Of a stretch of 64,000 nt of DNA, positions 9,876 to 16,455 are shown piece after piece; within the stretch, counting starts at the first letter, position 1, and each line of letters begins with the position of its first letter. The translations under genes were made by a program, and so were the position numbers. The notes below the pieces were generated by a model, which did no database searches, was not told where the DNA came from, and saw nothing but the letters and a program-made list of their open reading frames with translations. The stretch spans positions 20,036 through 84,035 of the forward strand of contig JBBIQG010000004.1 in the NCBI GenBank assembly GCA_037442425.1, written 5' to 3'. The DNA comes from Acidobacteriota bacterium. Lineage in GTDB: Bacteria; Acidobacteriota; Terriglobia; Acidiferrales; UBA7541.

Positions 9876-10649
9876 CTACCAGATTTTCCAGGGCGCGTTG
9901 CCGGATTCCCAGAGCTTCTCCAGTACCATTTTGTCTCGCAGTGTATCCATCGGCTGCCAGAACCCGCGATGGCGATAGGCAGAAAGCTGCCCCTGTTTGG
10001 CCAGGGTTTCCAGTGGCTCGCGCTCCCAGACCGTGGAATCATCGGCGATGTAATCCATTACCTGCGGCTCGAGCACGAAGAATCCGCCGTTGATCCAGCC
10101 GCCTTCCCCGTCGGGTTTTTCGTGGAACGTGCTGACCTTGTTTTCTTCCCGGCCCAGGCTGATAGCACCGAAGCGTCCCGGGGGTTGTACGGCAGTCATG
10201 GTGGCCAGTGTTTTCTGGGCGCGATGAAACGCAATCAACTCGGTCAAATTGATGTCGGCAACACCGTCGCCATAGGTCATGCAGAACGTTTCGTTGCCCA
10301 GATAGCGCGCCACCCGTTTCAGTCGACCGCCGGTCATGGTGTTGTCGCCGGTATCCACCAGAGTGACCCGCCAGGGTTCCACCCCGTTCATGTGGACCTC
10401 CTGGCGGTGCTGGCGGAGATCGAACGTCACGTCGGACATGCGCAATGCGTAATTAGCAAAAAATTCTTTGATCAGGTGGCCCTTGTATCCGAGACAGATC
10501 ACGAAATCATGAATGCCATGCGCCGAGTAGATCTTCATGATGTGCCAGAGAATCGGACGGCCGCCGATCTCCACCATCGGCTTTGGACGGACCGCACTTT
10601 CCTCGCTGATGCGCGTCCCGTATCCGCCCGCCAGAATGACCGCTTTCAT
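9876..10649 (-). CDS. rfbF: Glucose-1-phosphate cytidylyltransferase
   Basis: [64 protein letters not shown] closely matches the RfbF family N-terminus; length 257 aa. Confidence 0.9.
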   Translation of the reverse strand: MKAVILAGGYGTRISEESAVRPKPMVEIGGRPILWHIMKIYSAHGIHDFVICLGYKGHLIKEFFANYALRMSDVTFDLRQHRQEVHMNGVEPWRVTLVDTGDNTMTGGRLKRVARYLGNETFCMTYGDGVADINLTELIAFHRAQKTLATMTAVQPPGRFGAISLGREENKVSTFHEKPDGEGGWINGGFFVLEPQVMDYIADDSTVWEREPLETLAKQGQLSAYRHRGFWQPMDTLRDKMVLEKLWESGNAPWKIW

Positions 10650-10704
10650 GGCCGTCGCTCCCCGAATTTCGTTTGTCTATGCGGTTTCATTTCTCCTATC
10701 AGGG

Positions 10705-12042
10705 TTACTGCACCTGCTGGCCGGCCGGGGTTTCCGCTACCTGAGCCTCCCCCAAATATTCTACCTGCCAGTCGAGCATGGGGCGCAGCACACCGGGCAT
10801 GTTTCCACCGTAGTCGCCACGCGCGGAGCTTCCGTCCGGAGCATCTACGATTTGAAAGGCGACCAGATACCTTTCGTGGCAATGGCAGATGAACGGAGAT
10901 TCGGTAATCAGTGCACCACCACAGAGAATTGTACCCTCGGCGAAGAAATTTCCAGGGATGTGAACGCGGCTATAGTACCGTCCTGCTGGGCGCGGTTTCC
11001 GACGCCAGCGCGGATCCCGCTCGATGGTCACAAACAGAGTGATCCCTTCTTCATTCTCGAAACCGAGCAACGGATAGACGACCGTCCCGGACTGCAGAAC
11101 ATCGAATTCCACTTCGAGATAAAACGGTCGCCGGATGTCGAGGGCACTGGCCAGTTCGCCATACTCGTCTTTGACCCGCACGGCACGCAAACGAACTTTT
11201 TCGTTCCCGGGTGCCTGGTTTCCGTCCGGCCACTCCCGCAGGCAGGTCAGGCCCAATCCGGAGTGGAGATAATTGCTGACCACCTGGCGTGCGGGACCGT
11301 CTTCGTACACCTTCCCTTCGTGAAGCAGGATGGCACGGTCGCACAGCCGGGTGACCGCTTGCATGTTGTGTGAGACAAAGATGACCGTGCGGCCCTCCTG
11401 CCCGACCTCCTGCATGCGGTTCATGCATTTGCGCTGGAAGCCTGCGTCTCCCACAGCCAGAACTTCATCCACCAAAAGTATTTCTGGCTCCAGGTGCGCC
11501 GCCACGGAAAATGCCAGCCGTAGATACATCCCGCTGGAGTAATGTTTCACCGGCGTGTCGATGAACTTCTCGACCTCTGCGAATTCGACGATCTGATCGA
11601 ATTTCCGGCGGATCTCGCTTTTCTGCATCCCGAGGATCGCACCATTCAAGTAAATATTTTCGCGCCCGGTCAACTCGGGATGGAACCCTGTGCCCACTTC
11701 CAGCAACGAGCCGACGCGGCCATAGACGCGCCCAATACCGGTCGTGGGCTCGGTGATGCGCGAGAGGATCTTCAGCAGGGTGCTTTTTCCGGCTCCGTTG
11801 CGACCGATCAGGCCGACGACCTCACCGTGCTTGATTTCCAGCGAGACATCCTTCAGGGCCCAGAACCGTTCTCGCAGGTCAGCAGCCCCGGCCGCTGTCC
11901 CGCGGAGCAACTGGCGAATCCGGCGTGCCGGAGCGGTGCATGCCTCGATGATCGTTTCCCGCAGCGTACGGTAGGGCGCTTTCACATGCCCGATGTGGTA
12001 CATCTTGCCCAGATTTTCCAGTTGTATCGCCAGATTGCCCAT
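10705..12042 (-). CDS. wzt: O-antigen/polysaccharide ABC exporter ATP-binding protein with a C-terminal carbohydrate-binding extension (Wzt-type)
   Basis: Walker A GRNGAGKSTLLK, signature YSSGM, Walker B ILLVDEVLAVGD. A roughly 190-aa beta-rich C-terminal domain follows. It starts 7 nt after the Wzm permease gene. Confidence 0.85.
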   Translation of the reverse strand: MGNLAIQLENLGKMYHIGHVKAPYRTLRETIIEACTAPARRIRQLLRGTAAGAADLRERFWALKDVSLEIKHGEVVGLIGRNGAGKSTLLKILSRITEPTTGIGRVYGRVGSLLEVGTGFHPELTGRENIYLNGAILGMQKSEIRRKFDQIVEFAEVEKFIDTPVKHYSSGMYLRLAFSVAAHLEPEILLVDEVLAVGDAGFQRKCMNRMQEVGQEGRTVIFVSHNMQAVTRLCDRAILLHEGKVYEDGPARQVVSNYLHSGLGLTCLREWPDGNQAPGNEKVRLRAVRVKDEYGELASALDIRRPFYLEVEFDVLQSGTVVYPLLGFENEEGITLFVTIERDPRWRRKPRPAGRYYSRVHIPGNFFAEGTILCGGALITESPFICHCHERYLVAFQIVDAPDGSSARGDYGGNMPGVLRPMLDWQVEYLGEAQVAETPAGQQVQ

Positions 12043-12049
12043 GGTTCAC

Positions 12050-12973
12050 CTAAACCAGGTCCGCGAAAACTTTCTCCACGCGCCGGAAATAGTACATTCC
12101 GCCCACCAGCAGCAGGAATGCTGCCAGCGTAGAAACAACCAGAACAGCCAGTTCAGGACGCGGTGTACCCAAAACCGCCCAGCGAAAGCCCTCCACGACT
12201 CCCACCATCGGATTCAAACCATAGAGCGCACGCAACTGCTCCGGTACCATCGTCGAGGGATACACGATGGGAGAGCCGAACATCCAAAGCTGGGTGATGA
12301 ACGGAATCGTGTAACGCACGTCGCGAAACATCACGTTCATCGCAGACATCCAGTACGTCACGCCGAGACACGTCACCAAAGCCAGAAGGATAAACACCGG
12401 CGCCCAGAACAGGTTCACCGAAGGAAATTGCTGGTGCCAGAACATCATCCCAAACAGCAGCAGAAACGCCAGCAGAAAGTCCACCAGTCCGGAAAGGACG
12501 GTGGCTGTGGGCAATACCAAGCGCGGGAAATACACCTTCTTGACCAGTTCCGGGTTGGTGATCAGGCTGTTGGCTCCTTGCGACAGGCCATTGGCAAAAA
12601 ACACCCACAGCACCAGGCCAGCGTAGCTGAACAAAGAGTAGGGCACACCGCCGGACGGGATCTTGGCCAGCCGTCCGAAAAAAATGGTAAAGATCACCAT
12701 GGCCAGCAACGGCTGCAGGATGGCCCATGCGGCACCCAGCACGGTTTGCTTGTAGCGCACCAGAATGTCTCGCCAGGTAAGGAAATAAAGCAATTCGCGG
12801 TATTCCCACACCTCTGCTAGCTTCAGGGCGGACCACCCCTTCGAAGGTCGCAACAAGGTCATGTGGCGAAGAGAAGTTCTTCCAGACTGGAAGCTTTCGG
12901 CCATGGCGGCAGAAGAAAGCTCCCGGGCTATCGCCGATTGTGCCATCCGCTCTGGTCTCCGGGAAAATTCCAT
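12050..12973 (-). CDS. wzm: ABC-2 type polysaccharide exporter permease (Wzm-type)
   Basis: LAEVWEYRELLYFLTWRDILVRYKQTVLGAAWAILQPLL is the ABC-2/Wzm hallmark; six hydrophobic helices. The start is uncertain (in-frame Met at 12973, 12946, 12904, 12862). Confidence 0.85.
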   Translation of the reverse strand: MEFSRRPERMAQSAIARELSSAAMAESFQSGRTSLRHMTLLRPSKGWSALKLAEVWEYRELLYFLTWRDILVRYKQTVLGAAWAILQPLLAMVIFTIFFGRLAKIPSGGVPYSLFSYAGLVLWVFFANGLSQGANSLITNPELVKKVYFPRLVLPTATVLSGLVDFLLAFLLLFGMMFWHQQFPSVNLFWAPVFILLALVTCLGVTYWMSAMNVMFRDVRYTIPFITQLWMFGSPIVYPSTMVPEQLRALYGLNPMVGVVEGFRWAVLGTPRPELAVLVVSTLAAFLLLVGGMYYFRRVEKVFADLV

Positions 12974-13021
12974 GTTCCCTCAGTCGTCAGGCAAGCAGTC
13001 TCTCTACGTCTGCCAAAGCTC

Positions 13022-13037
13022 CGCAACTTGGCTGCCA
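13022..13037 (-). promoter_or_regulatory. Candidate sigma54 (-24/-12) promoter for the wzm-wzt... operon
   Basis: The minus strand reads TGGCAG-CCAAG-TTGCG. The GG and GC dinucleotides have exactly the consensus spacing (TGGCAC-N5-TTGCW). It lies 49 nt upstream of the longest wzm start, in an AT-rich intergenic region. Confidence 0.45.
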
Positions 13038-13139
13038 GAAGAAAAATTCAGTTGCTGACCTATCTCATTAAAAACAAAAGATTTGCTTTTCCTGGTATCT
13101 TCAATGACTTAATTTCAAATGGGTTGTTTTTCTAAAGTG

Positions 13140-13160
13140 GTGGAAATTTATTTCCCTTTC
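13140..13160. promoter_or_regulatory. 21-nt motif GTGGAAATTTATTTCCCTTTC (contains the inverted repeat GGAAAT-TT-ATTTCC); a second copy is at 21168-21188
   Basis: 17 of 21 positions are identical to GTGGAAATTAGTTTCTCTTCC at 21168-21188. Both copies lie 70-105 bp upstream of a minus-strand sigma54-like element in the two AT-rich intergenic regions of the polysaccharide cluster. Confidence 0.3.
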
Positions 13161-13353
13161 GAAGAATCCAATTTCCACTCTGTAGGAGTGCTTTCGGAGC
13201 CGTGTAAAGCAGAGTTGAAGCAGAGCGAATGGGTATCGGCCAGAGAAAGCTGTCCAATACACTGCAAATAGGACACATACATTTACGGTTTTCGGCGAGA
13301 GAGGGGTCTTCTTTCATTTGAATTCCGAATTGGGGTGTAGGTCAAACTCCACT

Positions 13354-13369
13354 TGGCAAGTAAGTTGCA
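13354..13369 (+). promoter_or_regulatory. Candidate sigma54 (-24/-12) promoter for the GT2/FemAB/regulator operon
   Basis: TGGCAA-GTAAG-TTGCA with exact consensus spacing, 115 nt upstream of the ATG at 13484. Confidence 0.5.
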
Positions 13370-13483
13370 CTTTGCTGGGAGGACAGAGACCGTCACCCGT
13401 GTCTATTGTCTAGAAGTGCGGGCTGTTTTTGTGGATGAGCATAGGACATTTGGTTTTGCATTGAGCCTGCTTCAAGGAGAGCA

Positions 13484-14527
13484 ATGAGTCAGGCAGCAGG
13501 TCCCCTGGTCAGCGTGGTGACGCCGTTTTACAACGCCGAACGGTTCTTGGCCGAGTGTATCGAAACCGTTCTGGAGCAGACCTACAGGAATTTTGAATAC
13601 ATCCTGGTGAACAATTGCAGCACGGATCGTTCCCCCGCAATTGCTCGGCACTACGCGGAGCGGGATCGCCGGCTCCGGTTGATTGAAAACACGGAGTTCC
13701 TCCCAGCGATCGCGAACTGGAATCATGCGTTACGGCAAATCTCTCCGGTCAGCAAGTATGTGAAGATCATCTTTGCGGATGATTGTCTCTTCCCGGAGTG
13801 TCTGCAGCAGATGGTACAGATCGCCGAAGCTCTTCCAGAAGTGGGATTGGTGGGTGCGTATCGGTTGGCCGGGACGGTGGTGAACAATGATGGGTTGCCC
13901 TTCCCGAGCCATTACCTTCCCGGAAGAAAAATTGCGCGCGAGACTCTGTTGGGTGGACCGTATGTGTTCGGTTCTCCTTCGTCTGTGCTGATGCGCGCTG
14001 ACTTGGTGCGCAGCCGGGATCCTTTCTTCCAGAATCTGCCGGGTCTGACCGACATGGAGTCGTTTTACTACCTGCTTCGCCACAGCGATTTCGCATTCGT
14101 GCATCAGGTGCTGACGCGCGAGCGTCCGCGTCCGGATTCGCTGACCTCTTCGCTTGCGTTTCGCGGCACCAATTTTCCTGAAATGCTGCAGATTCTGCGA
14201 GCACACGGCCCTTTCTTTCTGACGCCGGCCGAACTGGCCGAGCGCGAACGGTACTGGACCCGGGCCTATTACTCCTATCTCGGGCAGAACCTGTTTTATT
14301 TCCGGGATCGTTCCTTTTGGAACTACCATCGGTCGCAGTTCAATGCACTGGGCCAGAGGTTGAGCTACTCTCAGCTCGGGTGGGCCGCACTCCGGGAGCT
14401 GGCGCGAGTGCTGTTTCGTCCGTTAGCGACCTTCACCAAGGCGGTGCGCTTTACTTTCCGTGTGCGGCGAAAGTCCGCTGCGGGGAGCCGGCCACTGCCG
14501 CTGCCGAGCGAAAGTCCTCGCAGCTAA
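13484..14527 (+). CDS. GT2 family glycosyltransferase
   Basis: PLVSVVTPFYNAERFLAECIETVLEQTYRNFEYILVNNCSTDRSPAIA; AAGGAGAG Shine-Dalgarno sequence just upstream of the ATG. Confidence 0.8.
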   Translation: MSQAAGPLVSVVTPFYNAERFLAECIETVLEQTYRNFEYILVNNCSTDRSPAIARHYAERDRRLRLIENTEFLPAIANWNHALRQISPVSKYVKIIFADDCLFPECLQQMVQIAEALPEVGLVGAYRLAGTVVNNDGLPFPSHYLPGRKIARETLLGGPYVFGSPSSVLMRADLVRSRDPFFQNLPGLTDMESFYYLLRHSDFAFVHQVLTRERPRPDSLTSSLAFRGTNFPEMLQILRAHGPFFLTPAELAERERYWTRAYYSYLGQNLFYFRDRSFWNYHRSQFNALGQRLSYSQLGWAALRELARVLFRPLATFTKAVRFTFRVRRKSAAGSRPLPLPSESPRS

Positions 14528-14545
14528 CCGCCTTCTCCGATTTCT

Positions 14546-15622
14546 ATGCTGGCAACGAGTGCAGAGCCGAGGATGGCAACTTCAGCGCAGCCCGAAATTA
14601 TCCGCGTGGAACAGACCAGCATCGCACATGCCTGGGAAGAATTTGTTCATCGCGAAACGACAGCCACCAGCTACCATCGCTGGAGTTGGAAACAGGTGAT
14701 CGAGCGAGCCTTCGGGTGGCCGACCTTTTATCTGCTGGCGCGCGAGGGAGAACGGGTGACCGGAGTTCTTCCGCTCGTCTGGCAGAAGAGCCTGCTCTTT
14801 GGAAGTTTCCTGACCTCTCTGCCGTTTTTGAATGGCGGGGGGATTGTTGCGAGCAACCCGGCTGCGGCACGGTCGCTGCTGCAGGCAGCCATCGGCCTGG
14901 CGGATGAGCTCGGCGTTCAGCATCTCGAACTGCGCCAGCGTACTCAGCCGGACTGGGAACTGCCCACTCGAACCCACAAGGTGACCTTGCTCTGTGAGCT
15001 GGAACCCGATGCAGACCGGCGGTTTGCCTCTTTGCCCCACAAAGTGCGGACCGACATTCGAAAATCCAGCTCATATGGTCTCACGGCTGAATTCGGCGGC
15101 CGGGAATTTCTGGAAGCATTCTATGGCGTGTTCAGCCGGAACATGCGCGACCTGGGCACCCCTGTTTACAGTCGCGGCTTCTTCGAACAGATTCTTGCAG
15201 CCTTTCCGCACGAAAGCTTCATCTGTGTGGTTCGACACAACGGCGCGCCCATCGCCAGCTCCTTTCTCACGGCCTTCCGGGACACCGTGGAGGCCGGTTG
15301 GAGCGCCTCCCTCTACGCCTACTTGCACATGAAGCCGAACATGTTTCTGTACTGGAGCATTCTGGCGGAGTTGGGCCGTCGCGGCTATCGTTGGTTCGAT
15401 TTTGGTCGCTCGACCGTCGGCTCCGGTACCTATCGGTTCAAAAAGCAGTGGGGGGCGATGGAACAGCCGCTTTATTGGTCGTACTGGACACGCGCAGGCC
15501 GACCGCTGCCCGCACTCAGCCCGGAAAATCCCCGTTACCGGCTGGCGATTCGTCTGTGGCAGAAATTGCCGCTGGCCGTCACGAACCGCATCGGGCCTCG
15601 CATCGTTCGCTGCCTGCCTTGA
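14546..15622 (+). CDS. FemAB-family acyl/aminoacyl transferase of the type described as PEP-CTERM-system associated
   Basis: SYHRWSWKQVIERAFGW...LPLVWQKSLLFGSFLTSLPFLNGGGI...LPHKVRTDIRKS...FDFGRSTVGSGTYRFKKQWG matches my recollection of the FemAB-related EPS-locus family. Confidence 0.75.
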   Translation: MLATSAEPRMATSAQPEIIRVEQTSIAHAWEEFVHRETTATSYHRWSWKQVIERAFGWPTFYLLAREGERVTGVLPLVWQKSLLFGSFLTSLPFLNGGGIVASNPAAARSLLQAAIGLADELGVQHLELRQRTQPDWELPTRTHKVTLLCELEPDADRRFASLPHKVRTDIRKSSSYGLTAEFGGREFLEAFYGVFSRNMRDLGTPVYSRGFFEQILAAFPHESFICVVRHNGAPIASSFLTAFRDTVEAGWSASLYAYLHMKPNMFLYWSILAELGRRGYRWFDFGRSTVGSGTYRFKKQWGAMEQPLYWSYWTRAGRPLPALSPENPRYRLAIRLWQKLPLAVTNRIGPRIVRCLP

Positions 15623-15745
15623 ACAAACTGATTGGGCTGGTCCATCGCAACCTGCTCCGTAGGTTTCCGGCGGCTAGCGCAGGGATGGCAACAAAATGTT
15701 CAGCAGGCTTGCTCGGCGGATGCGAATTCAGTATCTTGGCATGGG

Positions 15746-16414
15746 GTGAGTGCCAAATCCAAATCGCGGCGCTTTTCTGTCTGCGCCATCTATTCTCATC
15801 CGCTTCTCTGGGAAGAAATCCAACAGTTGCTGGCGCAAGACGGCGTCCAAGTGCGTGGCGTGCGCCTGCAAGCCTTGCAGGGCGAGCTGCGCCGACTTTC
15901 GTTACCGCGCGCGAAAGTGTACGTTCTCGAAGGCAGCGGACCCCACCAGCTCACCTCCACATTGCTGGGTGCGATCCTGGGGAAAAACCCGAAAGCACGT
16001 GTGGTGGTGCTGGCCGAAAAGCTGAATGATGCGAATACGTTTCCATTCCTGCGTCAGGGCGCGAAAGGGTTGCTGACCTATCGCGACTTGCGTGAGCAGC
16101 TCAGTCGGGCTCTGCGAGCGGTCGCCGACGGCGGCTACTGGGTTCCGAGGAGCCTGCTCTCCCGTTTTGTCGAGGGCATACTGAACAGCGCCAGTGGCCG
16201 CAGCCAAACCCTGGCGCGGGGCAACCTCAGCCAGCGGGAGCAGCAGGTGCTCGATTGCCTGCTGGAAAATCTGGCCAACAAGGAAATTGCCGCCAAACTG
16301 TTCATCTCCGAGCGAACGGTGAAGTTTCATGTATCCAATCTGTTGGCCAAATTCGGCGTGCGGCGTCGTGCGGATTTGATCCTCCTCTGCTATCAGCAAC
16401 GTTCGCTGCCATAG
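15746..16414 (+). CDS. LuxR/FixJ-type transcription regulator with a degenerate (pseudo-)receiver domain
   Basis: C-terminal HTH LSQREQQVLDCLLENLANKEIAAKLFISERTVKFHVSNLLAKFGV. The N-terminal CheY-like fold lacks the acidic pocket, the phospho-Asp, and the Thr and Lys. The start is uncertain: GTG 15746 (used here) or TTG 15632 (ORF track). Confidence 0.75.
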   Translation: MSAKSKSRRFSVCAIYSHPLLWEEIQQLLAQDGVQVRGVRLQALQGELRRLSLPRAKVYVLEGSGPHQLTSTLLGAILGKNPKARVVVLAEKLNDANTFPFLRQGAKGLLTYRDLREQLSRALRAVADGGYWVPRSLLSRFVEGILNSASGRSQTLARGNLSQREQQVLDCLLENLANKEIAAKLFISERTVKFHVSNLLAKFGVRRRADLILLCYQQRSLP

Positions 16415-16455
16415 TTCTTCCCGGGCCGGTGAGTGCGCTGGATTTCTCCTAATGG

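Noticed and set aside
13132-13317. 61-aa ORF inside the AT-rich divergent promoter region
   Set aside because: Its composition and sequence (MKEDPSLAENRKCMCPICSV...) show no family features. It lies in the region that holds the candidate promoters and the shared motif, so it is more likely non-coding.
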